A DNA stretch of 57,706 nt from Bacteroidia bacterium (GTDB taxonomy: Bacteria; Bacteroidota; Bacteroidia; Bacteroidales; CAJPTX01), in assembly GCA_905373665.1 (NCBI GenBank), contig CAJPTV010000001.1, forward strand, positions 1 to 57,706, written 5' to 3'. The translations under genes were made by a program, and so were the position numbers. This document shows positions 38,802 to 47,850 of the stretch, piece after piece. The notes beneath the pieces are model-generated. The model was not told the DNA's origin, searched no databases, and saw only the letters and a program-made list of their open reading frames with translations. How positions within the stretch are numbered: the first letter of the stretch is position 1; each line of letters starts with the position of its first letter.

Positions 38802-40060
38802 CTTTGCGTATTACACAGCCGGGCATTGATTCTGCTGCATACACGCTCCGAAGCTCCTACGTTGGAAAAGACATAGTCGCGCGCTATCCGCCCCATTTGC
38901 GCTCTCAATTCCTCATCCTCAAAGAGCTGAGAAAAGTTCTTTTGAAACGCCTCTTGGGTACTAAGCGCCTGCGCACCGCCCAACTCGAGGAGATCGAGCG
39001 CCTCACGGAACGCCATATAATGCGGTCCAAAGAGCACAGGAAGCCCAAATGCCGCAGGTTCGAGCGTGTTGTGTATTCCAACCCCAAATCCACCGCCAAC
39101 GTAGGCTAATTGCCCGTAATGGTAAATAGAAAATAGCAACCCCACGGTGTCTACGACCAAGTAGCGCGCACACGTCCACTCGGCTGGGGTGTAGGGTGCA
39201 GTGTAACGCACCGCGTTCCCCTCATAACGCTTAAGCCAAGCCTCTATCTCTGATTCGTGAATCTCGTGCGGCACAATCACACATTTCCACCCCTCGGGCA
39301 GCGTGTCGAATATCGGGGTAAGATGCTCCGCATCCGCCCCCCAGATACTTCCTGCCACGAGGAGCTTTGCCCCTGCAGCGAACCCCTCTAGCTTTTCCAA
39401 GGCTACGGTCTTGCCAGCCCCCTCTTCTACGCGATCAAAGCGCGTGTCGCCGACCACCTCTACGCCTTGGGTGATGCCGTGGCTTGCCAAGAGGTCTCGC
39501 GAACGTTCGTCCTGCACCAACAGCGCCTCGAAAAGCAACAACCAACGTCGGTAGTGCTTGCCATAGCCCTTGAAAAAAGCCTGCTCTGGACGAAAGATCC
39601 CCGACACGAGATAGGTAGGAACGCCCCCACGGTGCAGCTCGCGGAGGAAGTAATACCAGAACTCATACTTCACAAAGACCGCCACCGTGGGACGCACGAC
39701 CTCTAGAAAGCGTCGCGCATTGCGTGGGGTATCTAGCGGTAAGTAGCCCACATAATCGGCTTGTGCGTAGTGCTTACGCACCTCATACCCCGAAGGTGAA
39801 AAGAAGGTAACGACCAGTTGCCAGTCCGGATGCTCACGCTTGAAGCGCTCCATCACTGGACGCCCCTGTTCAAACTCGCCCAACGAAGCACAATGAAACC
39901 AAATGACCTTTCCCTCTACGGGCGTAAACGACCGCCGTAAACGCTCGTACCACCCTCGACGTCCCTGCACCCAGAGCCTCGCCTTCGGATGCCAAAGCGC
40001 AAACAAGCGAAGCAAGAGACCATAACTCCCGATTCCGAGTCGATAGAGCAATGTCCACAT
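38798..40060 (-). CDS. waaA: 3-deoxy-D-manno-octulosonic acid (Kdo) transferase
   Basis: ...VIWFHCASLGEFEQGRP... together with the overall GT30 length and layout. Confidence 0.85.
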   Translation of the reverse strand: MWTLLYRLGIGSYGLLLRLFALWHPKARLWVQGRRGWYERLRRSFTPVEGKVIWFHCASLGEFEQGRPVMERFKREHPDWQLVVTFFSPSGYEVRKHYAQADYVGYLPLDTPRNARRFLEVVRPTVAVFVKYEFWYYFLRELHRGGVPTYLVSGIFRPEQAFFKGYGKHYRRWLLLFEALLVQDERSRDLLASHGITQGVEVVGDTRFDRVEEGAGKTVALEKLEGFAAGAKLLVAGSIWGADAEHLTPIFDTLPEGWKCVIVPHEIHESEIEAWLKRYEGNAVRYTAPYTPAEWTCARYLVVDTVGLLFSIYHYGQLAYVGGGFGVGIHNTLEPAAFGLPVLFGPHYMAFREALDLLELGGAQALSTQEAFQKNFSQLFEDEELRAQMGRIARDYVFSNVGASERVCSRINARLCNTQR

Positions 40061-40093
40061 CTCCTAACGCAGCGAGACGACGCTACTTAAGAC

Positions 40094-41086
40094 TTAGCGG
40101 TAAGAGGGGATGCGTCGTAAACGCTTAGCGACCTGATCGCCTTCGTCATTGTGTACGATGGTGCACTCCATCATATCGCCCACTTGCAACTGCATGATGT
40201 CCACATTCTCCAAGTCTTGGCGATAAAAGAAAAGATTGTTAGGCGGGTACTTAATAAAACCGTACCCCTTTGCAGGATTGAGCATCATGATCGGCCCACG
40301 GTAACGTACCCCCTCGGTCTCCTTCTCATCGCCGTTCTCGAAACTATCCTCGTCCTGCTCATCAGCATTGGCGTCGAGCATTAGGTGCGAATCGTTATTC
40401 AACGAAGCATCGTTCATGCGGGAACTGGAGTTGCTCTCTACCGAGACAAAGAGGTCTTCGACATACTCCACACCCTCTTCCAACCCATCGTCGATAATCG
40501 TGTGCGCTGCAACCGGATAGGTCACCTCCTGCAACAGATCCTGCGCCGTACGGGTAACAATGTCGCGCCCCGAGTCATCCACGTAGGCAAACTCCCAGTT
40601 CAACACCATGGTCTTTACCCCGAGGGAGTTCAGCTTGCGTACGAGCGGCACATACTCCCCGTCAGAGGTGATAAGCACCAGCACGTCAAACTTCTTAATC
40701 AGCGTCTGTTCGTAAGCCTCGAGCGCCAACCAGACATCGATCCCCTTCTCTTCTTTCTTACCACTTCGGGTGCGCAAAGGGAGGAAGTGCGAGACGATCC
40801 CCACCGACATCAGGATGTCGTCAAAGACACGGTCGTTATAAAGCTGATTCCCGCGCTGCGAAGCCTCCTGCGCGCTCAATCGCCCACGGAAATAGTGCGC
40901 ACCGATGATGCGACTATACTGCACCGGGATCTCCTCGGCGTCGGCGACCAGATGGCGTATGAAATTGTGGAAGGCTGGCAGACTCAAGCGCTGACGCATT
41001 GAGTGGAAATAGTTGTAGTAATTACTCACGTGTAAGAAGTAATTTCCGTCGTAGAACACCCCGATTTTCAGAATCTCGTTACTCAT
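40094..41086 (-). CDS. NYN (LabA-like PIN-fold) domain protein with acidic linker and C-terminal cold-shock-like domain
   Basis: The NYN core is ...KIGVFYDGNYF...KGIDVWLALEAY...DVLVLITSDGEYVPLVRKL. An acidic linker DANADEQDEDSFENGDEKE follows. The C-terminal ...KGYGFIKYPPNNLFFY...GDMMECTIV... resembles the CSD RNP1 (GFGFI) motif. Confidence 0.7.
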   Translation of the reverse strand: MSNEILKIGVFYDGNYFLHVSNYYNYFHSMRQRLSLPAFHNFIRHLVADAEEIPVQYSRIIGAHYFRGRLSAQEASQRGNQLYNDRVFDDILMSVGIVSHFLPLRTRSGKKEEKGIDVWLALEAYEQTLIKKFDVLVLITSDGEYVPLVRKLNSLGVKTMVLNWEFAYVDDSGRDIVTRTAQDLLQEVTYPVAAHTIIDDGLEEGVEYVEDLFVSVESNSSSRMNDASLNNDSHLMLDANADEQDEDSFENGDEKETEGVRYRGPIMMLNPAKGYGFIKYPPNNLFFYRQDLENVDIMQLQVGDMMECTIVHNDEGDQVAKRLRRIPSYR

Positions 41087-41142
41087 TGGATACTTGGTAT
41101 ATGATCGTGTATTTTGATAAGCCTTTTACCACGCTCTTTGCG

Positions 41143-41150
41143 CAAAAGTA
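41143..41150 (-). promoter_or_regulatory. -7 promoter box TACTTTTG
   Basis: The plus strand reads caaaagta, 57 nt upstream of the ATG at 41086. Confidence 0.4.
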
Positions 41151-41216
41151 CGAAGAAAATGAAATATAGAAGCGCATTTTAAGAAAGCGAGGCGAAAAGC
41201 AACAAAAGGTAGCTAT

Positions 41217-41242
41217 AAAAAAAGCCCCGCACACGGCGGGGC
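41217..41242 (-). terminator. Rho-independent terminator of the C69 dipeptidase gene
   Basis: On the minus strand the stem gccccgc/gcggggc (41224-41230 with 41236-41242) is followed by T7. Confidence 0.7.
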
Positions 41243-41266
41243 TCTCGTTTGTTTTTGCTACAAAGA

Positions 41267-43003
41267 CTATTTGCTTCGATTCTCGAGCTTATCGCCCGTC
41301 GAGCGAATCAAGCACTCTTTCCACCAATCCGGATACTCGGGGTTGTCCACCTTCACAGGTATGTCTTTTGACTCGGGGGTGTGGAGGAACTTGCCGTCGA
41401 CCTCTTTCTTCACGTTCCCATCAATGTACTTCATCAGAAGGAACTCATGGAGCGACTCCCAATCCTTCATCGTTTGTGCGACAACGGTATTCGAATAGTT
41501 GGTTACGAACTCGACCGCCTTGTCTGGGTTGCTCTTATAGAGCTCCTCTGCCTGCTTATCTACGTTCTTTACTCCATCAATAAAGCTGTTTTCTAGACGG
41601 AGCTGCTCCTTGCGGAGGTCTGCGTGCATGAGGTCGTAGCGGAGGTAGCAGTAGTTCGTTACTTTGTTGAAGAGCCAGAAAGCACTCGTAGAGGAATAAC
41701 GGAGCAGACTCCCATTTCCCTGTTGGTAAGCGAGCGGGATGCGCGTCATGCTCGAGTACATCGGCGTAAAGACCGTCGAAGCCGCATCATCTACACCAAA
41801 CCAAAGAATACCGCCCACGGGGTCAGGAAGCCACGAACGGCTCTGCGAAACAAAGACAAACCCCGTCTGCTGCGTAGCCGTTGCACGCTCATGAACATAA
41901 TCCTTTCCGTTATGCTTCCACGTCATCGGACGCCAACGGTATGGGAGCGCGTGCGGCCCTGCGCCAAAGTCCTTAGTCATATCGAGCTCGGTGCCTTCGA
42001 GGTGGTCGCGCATAGCGTCCATCACATCGTGCACGTCGAGTTTACGGTCGGGTTTAATCCACAACGGCATCTTGTGCGCCAAATTCCAACCCTTAGCGTA
42101 GTCGATATACTCCTTCATTTCGCTGTTCACCGAATTGAAGAACGACCATACGCGCACCTCGCAAAAACGCGCACCACCGAAATCCACAGGTGCATACGCA
42201 TCGCAGAAGCTAAACTCAGCATCCTTGCCGCTGAAGTACTTCATCTGGCGCGCGAAAGAGATCACGTCGTGTGCATATACCGTCTCGACCTCAGGATTGA
42301 AAATTTTGTTCAACTGCTTGCTTGTGATAGAGGTCTTGCCGTTAGCGAGCGGGAAGGTGGTAATACGTGCTTGGTTTGCATGTGCACACACATAGCCGTC
42401 GGGGATGCGGCGTGCGACCCACACCATACCGCGACGTGTGTTTTCCATCTGCTTCGTCTTCTTGTTCATCTGCAGGTCAATGCCCTTGCTGATGAGATCC
42501 ATCACCCACACCTCGTTCGGGTCGGCAATAGAGAAAGACTCGCCCGAGCTCGCATAGCCGTAACGCTCGGTGAGTTCCGAAATCATCTTGATAGCTTCAC
42601 GCGCAGTCTTGCAGCGTTGTAGGGTGATGTAAATGAGCGACCCGTAGTCGATAATCCCCGTCGAATCTTGCAGCTCGTGGCGACCGCCATAGGTGGTTTC
42701 TCCGATGGCGAGCTGATGCTCGTTCATATTCCCCACCACGTTGTAGGTTTCGGCAGCTTGCTCAATCTCGCCGAGGTACTTCTGCGAATCCCACTCATAG
42801 ACCTTGAGCATCGTCCCCTTGGGGTACTTTGCAGCAGGCCAGTGGTAGAGCTCGCCATAGAGATAGTGCGAGTCTGCAGCATAAGAGATCATACACGATC
42901 CGTCCTTAGACGCACCTTTGGTTACGAGAAAGTTCGTACATGCCGATGCGGGAACGCTCGCCCCTACCAAGATTGCGAGTGCTGCCCATAGCTTTCCTTT
43001 CAT
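41267..43003 (-). CDS. Peptidase family C69 dipeptidase
   Basis: The signal peptide ends at the catalytic N-terminal Cys: ...VPASACTNFLVTKGASKDGS.... The 578-aa length is typical. Confidence 0.8.
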   Translation of the reverse strand: MKGKLWAALAILVGASVPASACTNFLVTKGASKDGSCMISYAADSHYLYGELYHWPAAKYPKGTMLKVYEWDSQKYLGEIEQAAETYNVVGNMNEHQLAIGETTYGGRHELQDSTGIIDYGSLIYITLQRCKTAREAIKMISELTERYGYASSGESFSIADPNEVWVMDLISKGIDLQMNKKTKQMENTRRGMVWVARRIPDGYVCAHANQARITTFPLANGKTSITSKQLNKIFNPEVETVYAHDVISFARQMKYFSGKDAEFSFCDAYAPVDFGGARFCEVRVWSFFNSVNSEMKEYIDYAKGWNLAHKMPLWIKPDRKLDVHDVMDAMRDHLEGTELDMTKDFGAGPHALPYRWRPMTWKHNGKDYVHERATATQQTGFVFVSQSRSWLPDPVGGILWFGVDDAASTVFTPMYSSMTRIPLAYQQGNGSLLRYSSTSAFWLFNKVTNYCYLRYDLMHADLRKEQLRLENSFIDGVKNVDKQAEELYKSNPDKAVEFVTNYSNTVVAQTMKDWESLHEFLLMKYIDGNVKKEVDGKFLHTPESKDIPVKVDNPEYPDWWKECLIRSTGDKLENRSK

Positions 43004-43040
43004 GAGTTCTCCTCTCCTTAGTGATTAAATAACAGCCTTA

Positions 43041-43048
43041 CAAATATA
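43041..43048 (-). promoter_or_regulatory. -7 promoter box TATATTTG
   Basis: The plus strand reads caaatata, 38 nt upstream of the ATG at 43003. Confidence 0.45.
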
Positions 43049-43112
43049 GCAAGAGGATTTTAATTACACATTGATAATCTTAAAGCTAAGCGCTAGGCTT
43101 TCATATCCCCTA

Positions 43113-43146
43113 GCCCCTCTTTTACCACGGGGGCGCGTCTCCTTAG
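43113..43146 (-). repeat. Intergenic repeat family, 5'-module fragment (copy E)
   Basis: The minus strand reads ctaaggagacgcgcccccgtggtaaaagagggg, which matches the CTAAGGGCG..CCCGTGGTG.A.GAGGGG module of copies A-D. It begins 11 nt after the recG stop. Confidence 0.7.
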
Positions 43147-43156
43147 CGCTAGAGGG

Positions 43157-45250
43157 CTAGCCTACGCGACTACGAGAAACCTTGTTCTTATTCCGACGTG
43201 CGATGTGATCTCGCAACGCCGCATGACGCGGAGCTTCCAACTGCGGATCTTGCGTGTAAAGCTCACGCACCGCCTCTCGCATCCATATCACCTCGTTCGT
43301 ATCCGCAGACGGGTCTGCTGCATGAAAAGTAGTCGAAAGACCACTCTGTTGCGTACCCCCCAAATCCCCAGCACCACGCAACTTTAAGTCAGCCTCGGCA
43401 ATCTTAAAACCATCGTTCGTGCTGACAAAGATCCGCAAACGCTGCAATGTGTGCTCTTTCACATCCTCACGCGTCACGATGTAACAATAACTCTGATTGC
43501 CGCCACGCCCCACGCGACCGCGCAACTGATGAAGCTGCGTCAAGCCGAAACGATCCGCATCCTCTATCACCATCACCGTGGCATTGGGGACGTCTACCCC
43601 GACCTCTATCACCGTCGTGGCCACCAAGATGTGTGCTTCACCCGAAGCAAAAGCACGCATCGCCTCCTCCTTCTCTTGTGCTGGCATCTGCCCGTGCAAC
43701 ATCCGTAGACTATAGTTTGAGAACTCTGCCTGCAAGCGCTCAAAACCCTCTACCACGCTTTGATAATCTAGCGTCTCCGACTCGTTGACTAACGGATAGA
43801 CAAAATAGATTTGATGCCCTGCTGCCAGCTCTGTTCGGATTTGCTTGTAAAGCTTCCCACGCTGATCATCGTAGTAATGAAAGGTCGAGATGGGCTTCCG
43901 TCCCGCAGGCAGCTCATCAATGATGCTCACATCCAAGCCCGCATACAGCGTAAGGGCAAGGGTACGCGGGATGGGCGTCGCCGACATCACCAAGATATGA
44001 GGCATCACCACAGGGTTCTTTCCCCAAAGCTTCGCACGCTGCTCCACGCCAAAACGGTGTTGCTCATCCACGATAACGATCCCTAGGTTGTGAAACACCA
44101 CGCTGTCTTCTATCAACGCATGCGTGCCTATCAAGATGTGAAGCGAGCCTTCCTGCAGGGCTTCAAAAATACGCGTCCGTTCGCGCGCAGGGGTACTTCC
44201 TGTCAAAAGTGCTACTTGCACGGGGAGGTCGCCCAACATTTTCGTAATGCCATGGTAATGCTGCGTGGCGAGAATCTCGGTCGGCGCCATCAGACACCCC
44301 TGTGCCTGATTGTCTATTGCCAGCAGGAGCGAAAAGAGGGCTACGAGGGTCTTTCCACTCCCGACATCCCCTTGCAAGAGACGGTTCATCTGCCGCCCAC
44401 TCCGCATGTCGTTATAGATCTCCCGCACCACGCGCTTTTGCGCATTCGTAAGGGCAAAACGAAGGTGCTCTTTGTAGAAACCATTGAATAGCTCCCCTAC
44501 GTGCGTACACGGCAACCCATTGGCCTGCGCATCGCGCACGAGGAACTCCGCTTGTTGTAGCTGCAATAGAAACCACTCTTCGCACTTGATGTAAGTAATC
44601 GCACTCCGCAACTCCTCCCACGTACGCGGAAAATGGGCACGCCGCAATGCCTCACCGCGCGACATCAGCCTGTGTTTTATCAATACCTCCTCGGGTAAGA
44701 TATTTACCACCTGCCCCGCGACGTAATTCAACGCTTTGGCGACGACCTCCGCATAGCGCTTCGAGGTGAGGTAAACCTTCTTTAGCGCATCATGCCCCTC
44801 ATAGATCGGCTCTAAGCCTAATATAGGCTGGTGTCCATCGGGGAGGAATTCTACTTCTGGATGAAGGAAGTTTATCGTGTTCCGAAAACGGGACGGACGC
44901 CCAAACAGGACGTAACGTGCCCCGAGGTTCAACTGCTTATAGATGTAGCGCGTCCCCTTGAAAAAGAGCGCTTGAAACGTCCCCGATTCGTCTTCAAACT
45001 CCGCCACAAGGCGCTGTTTCGTCCCCTCCCCTTCGTGGGTGAGATACTTAAGGGTCGCGACCAATTGCACGGGCTGCTCATCGTTCGTAATGCGCGCATA
45101 GAGGGTCACACGCGTACGATCATTGTAGGTTCTAGGGAGGTGTAACAAGACATCCTCAAGCGTCCGAATATCTAGCGTAGAGGCAAGGGCACGCTCCCAC
45201 TTCGGGTTCAAACGAAGCACCGACAAAGGGGCATCTAAAAGAGAATCCAT
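43157..45250 (-). CDS. recG: ATP-dependent DNA helicase RecG
   Basis: Wedge/OB N-terminus; helicase motifs GDVGSGKT, DEQHRFG, SATPIPRT and QLHQLRGRVGRG. Confidence 0.93.
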   Translation of the reverse strand: MDSLLDAPLSVLRLNPKWERALASTLDIRTLEDVLLHLPRTYNDRTRVTLYARITNDEQPVQLVATLKYLTHEGEGTKQRLVAEFEDESGTFQALFFKGTRYIYKQLNLGARYVLFGRPSRFRNTINFLHPEVEFLPDGHQPILGLEPIYEGHDALKKVYLTSKRYAEVVAKALNYVAGQVVNILPEEVLIKHRLMSRGEALRRAHFPRTWEELRSAITYIKCEEWFLLQLQQAEFLVRDAQANGLPCTHVGELFNGFYKEHLRFALTNAQKRVVREIYNDMRSGRQMNRLLQGDVGSGKTLVALFSLLLAIDNQAQGCLMAPTEILATQHYHGITKMLGDLPVQVALLTGSTPARERTRIFEALQEGSLHILIGTHALIEDSVVFHNLGIVIVDEQHRFGVEQRAKLWGKNPVVMPHILVMSATPIPRTLALTLYAGLDVSIIDELPAGRKPISTFHYYDDQRGKLYKQIRTELAAGHQIYFVYPLVNESETLDYQSVVEGFERLQAEFSNYSLRMLHGQMPAQEKEEAMRAFASGEAHILVATTVIEVGVDVPNATVMVIEDADRFGLTQLHQLRGRVGRGGNQSYCYIVTREDVKEHTLQRLRIFVSTNDGFKIAEADLKLRGAGDLGGTQQSGLSTTFHAADPSADTNEVIWMREAVRELYTQDPQLEAPRHAALRDHIARRNKNKVSRSRVG

Positions 45251-45270
45251 GGCATCGAGTACTTAGGGGG

Positions 45271-46251
45271 TCAACGTACGCCGCGCCGTCGTCGCCCAAG
45301 GGTGCTCCACAACCCGAACCCATACCCCAACACCATCACTCCACAAGCCCAAACACTTCGTAAGGCAAGCGAGAGGCTACGGAACTGCCGGTAAGCATGA
45401 CGCGCCACCACAAGCCCGTACACCACCCCCACGACTCCCAGCGCTACGCACTTCCAATATACGAAAAGTGAGACAATCCACAAAATACCCAACAAGATAG
45501 CCGCCGACGGCAACAGGTGCACCCAACGCAACGTCCCTAGGTGACGCTCCGCAAGCATACGCCGTGCTTGCCCCGAATGGTAGACCTGCCGAAAGAAGCT
45601 CCGCCACGACGTCCGTCGTTTGTGGTAGACAAAAAGCTCTCGTTGCAACGCAGAGCGATACCCCGCCTCGCACAGACGCATACTCAGATCCACATCCTCG
45701 CCGTAACGGAGGTTAGCAAAGCCCCCCACCGCCTCAAAGGCGCGCGTCCGTACCCCCATGTTGAAGGTGCGGGGATAGAACTTATCGCTTCGCTCGCCCC
45801 CTCCTCGAATGCCCCCCGTGCTGTAGGGCGAGGTCATGGCGTAGGAAATGGCTTTCTGTATAGGGGTAAAATTCTCGTCCCATGCATCTGGTCCGCCCCA
45901 AAGATCTACCTCTGGGTGTGCATCCAGCCATGCCTCGGCACACGCCAGATAGTGGGGCGGGAGCGTACAATCCGAATCCACAAAGAGGATATAGTCTGTT
46001 GATTGTCCCAGAGCCGCCACTCCGTGGTTGCGGGCGAGTGCAGGACCCGTATTCTCCTGTTTTAAGTAAACGAGCGTTAACGACGAAGCATAACGAGCAC
46101 AGACCTCGTCTGACGGACGTGTTGAGCCGTCCTCTACGACCACGACGCAAAAATCGGTCGTGGACTGACGGAGAAGGCTCGCCAAAAGCTCCTCTAGTTC
46201 CTCAGGACGGTTATAGACCGCTACGACGATACCGATGCGCCGATGCTCCAT
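45271..46251 (-). CDS. Family 2 glycosyltransferase with C-terminal TM segments
   Basis: ...IVVAVYNRPEELEELLASL..Q...DF.VVVVEDGS... and the DSD motif (FVDSDC). Confidence 0.75.
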   Translation of the reverse strand: MEHRRIGIVVAVYNRPEELEELLASLLRQSTTDFCVVVVEDGSTRPSDEVCARYASSLTLVYLKQENTGPALARNHGVAALGQSTDYILFVDSDCTLPPHYLACAEAWLDAHPEVDLWGGPDAWDENFTPIQKAISYAMTSPYSTGGIRGGGERSDKFYPRTFNMGVRTRAFEAVGGFANLRYGEDVDLSMRLCEAGYRSALQRELFVYHKRRTSWRSFFRQVYHSGQARRMLAERHLGTLRWVHLLPSAAILLGILWIVSLFVYWKCVALGVVGVVYGLVVARHAYRQFRSLSLALRSVWACGVMVLGYGFGLWSTLGRRRRGVR

Positions 46252-46270
46252 AGTAGGCGTGGGGGCGTTT

Positions 46271-46789
46271 TTACATCAACCGCGCAGCTTCGCTCCGCAA
46301 AGCCGACAACGCCGCTGCCGTGGGGTGTGTACTCAGCTCCAAGAGCATGGCGAGTATCATCTTCGAGAGCTCATTGGCTGGGCTCGCGGGGTGTACCTTT
46401 TCGCCACACATCGTGATCATCTTCGAGACGTTCCCTTTAGCCTGCCGCACCTGTTGCCACACCTCGTGGCTTACATAGATTTGCTGCGAGAGGTTGTGTT
46501 CCCACTCCTCACGGATGTTCGCCAAGAGCTCATATTCATATTCCTTAGCGTTACACTCCCCCGCCTCGCACCGCACTAAGAGGCTTTCGGGGCTAATACG
46601 CTCCATAAGGAGCGTCAACCGTTCGTACGCCTGCAAGCGCACCGGAAGCGTCAATTTGCGCATTTCTATGCCCTGCTGGAGAGCGTCGCGATGCAACAAC
46701 GATTTGGTGAGGTAACGGTACGACAACACCCCCGTTGCCAGTACCAGTAGGCTCGGCACCGTAGCCAACAACCATAACTGTGTTTCCAT
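46271..46789 (-). CDS. Hypothetical membrane-anchored protein
   Basis: A 172-aa ORF with one N-terminal TM segment (LWLLATVPSLLVLATGVL), packed between the GT2 gene and trmD. I recognise no motif. Confidence 0.45.
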   Translation of the reverse strand: METQLWLLATVPSLLVLATGVLSYRYLTKSLLHRDALQQGIEMRKLTLPVRLQAYERLTLLMERISPESLLVRCEAGECNAKEYEYELLANIREEWEHNLSQQIYVSHEVWQQVRQAKGNVSKMITMCGEKVHPASPANELSKMILAMLLELSTHPTAAALSALRSEAARLM

Positions 46790-46801
46790 GATCCTCCTCT
46801 C

Positions 46802-47512
46802 TTACTCTTCCCGTAAACTTGTGCGTGCAAGGTATTGTTTCAATAGCTCGGGGCGTCGCTCCTCGGTTAGGCGCAGCGCCTCCGCATGCTGCCACTTAGC
46901 GATTTCTGGAAAATTACCCGAACGAAGGATGGTGGGCACCTCCCAGCCGCGGAAGTTCTCTGGGCGTGTATAAGCGGGAGGGGAAACGAGCCCATCTTGA
47001 AAAGAATCCGACAGGGCGGAGGTTGCATCCCCTAACGCTCCTGGTAGGAGGCGCACTATAGTATCGACCAGCACGGCAGCCGCCAACTCGCCCCCGCTCA
47101 AGATGTAGTCCCCAATGCTCACCTCGCGCGTCACGAGGTGGTCGCGTACCCGCTGATCCACCCCCTTATAGTGCCCGCACAGGATCAACACGCGGGGCTT
47201 CAGACTCAGCTCCGTAGCAAGAGCTTGGGTTAAAAGCTCTCCGTCGGGGGCGGTATAGATTATCTCGTCATACGCCCCGCCCGTAGCCTGAAGGTGCTCG
47301 ACTGCCTCGAATATGGGCTCTGGTTTGAGCACCATCCCCGCATCGGGACCGTAGGCATAGTCATCCACCGTTCGCCGTTTGTCGTGCGTATAGTCTCGCA
47401 GTTGGCAAAGGTTAATCTCTACGAGATGCTGAGCCCGTGCTCGCCCCACAATAGAGTAATCAAGCGCCCCCGTCAGGAGTTCGGGTAGTACGGTTAGGAT
47501 GTCGATAGTCAC
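46802..47512 (-). CDS. trmD: tRNA (guanine37-N1)-methyltransferase
   Basis: MTIDILTVLPELL...; ..ILCGHYKGVDQRV...; SIGDYILSGGELAA are TrmD SPOUT motifs. Confidence 0.92.
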   Translation of the reverse strand: MTIDILTVLPELLTGALDYSIVGRARAQHLVEINLCQLRDYTHDKRRTVDDYAYGPDAGMVLKPEPIFEAVEHLQATGGAYDEIIYTAPDGELLTQALATELSLKPRVLILCGHYKGVDQRVRDHLVTREVSIGDYILSGGELAAAVLVDTIVRLLPGALGDATSALSDSFQDGLVSPPAYTRPENFRGWEVPTILRSGNFPEIAKWQHAEALRLTEERRPELLKQYLARTSLREE

Positions 47513-47622
47513 GGCAAAAAAGCGTTATGGGGTTAAAGGTGTGTATGGTGGTACGAAAGCGCAGAGGGTGTCAAAATACGACACCACTTTTCGCATCGAT
47601 TCATTATGCGCCTTACGGCGGT

Positions 47623-47721
47623 CCTAAGGGCGGACGGCCCGTGGTGGAGGAGAGGCGTAGAGATAATGACCAAGGCGGCACTTTGTGCCGAATTGCGGGT
47701 GTAGCACGCTACACCCCTACA
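47623..47721 (+). repeat. Structured intergenic repeat, full copy A (about 99 nt)
   Basis: cctaagggcggacggcccgtggtggaggagaggcgtagagataatgaccaagg-cggcac/ttt/gtgccg-aattgc-gggtgtag/cacg/ctacaccc-ctaca. It aligns with copies at 49926-50032 (-), 49818-49905 (-) and 57611-57702 (+). Confidence 0.85.
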
Positions 47722-47805
47722 GGGGACGGGAGAGTCGTGTTTTGACACACCTTCCTACGCCCCCCTCTTGACGATATCTTCCACACGTAGCGCATTGCAC
47801 CACCG

Positions 47806-47846
47806 CCCCTCACGCCCCTCTTTCACCACGGGCAGCGCGCCCTTAG
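47806..47846 (-). repeat. Intergenic repeat family, 5'-module fragment (copy D), inverted relative to copy A
   Basis: The minus strand reads ctaagggcgcgctgcccgtggtgaaagaggggcgtgagggg. It begins 5 nt after the stop (47851) of the deoxyhypusine-synthase-like gene. Confidence 0.7.
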
Positions 47847-47850
47847 CGCC

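Noticed and set aside
47527-47748. ORFs 47527-47745 (+) and 47533-47748 (-), and a possible tRNA or sRNA gene in the trmD upstream region.
   Set aside because: Both ORFs are made entirely of repeat copy A and its flanks. No cloverleaf or other recognisable RNA-gene signature can be drawn. The region is better explained by the repeat family plus small hairpins (for example ggtgtc-aaaatac-gacacc at 47567-47585).
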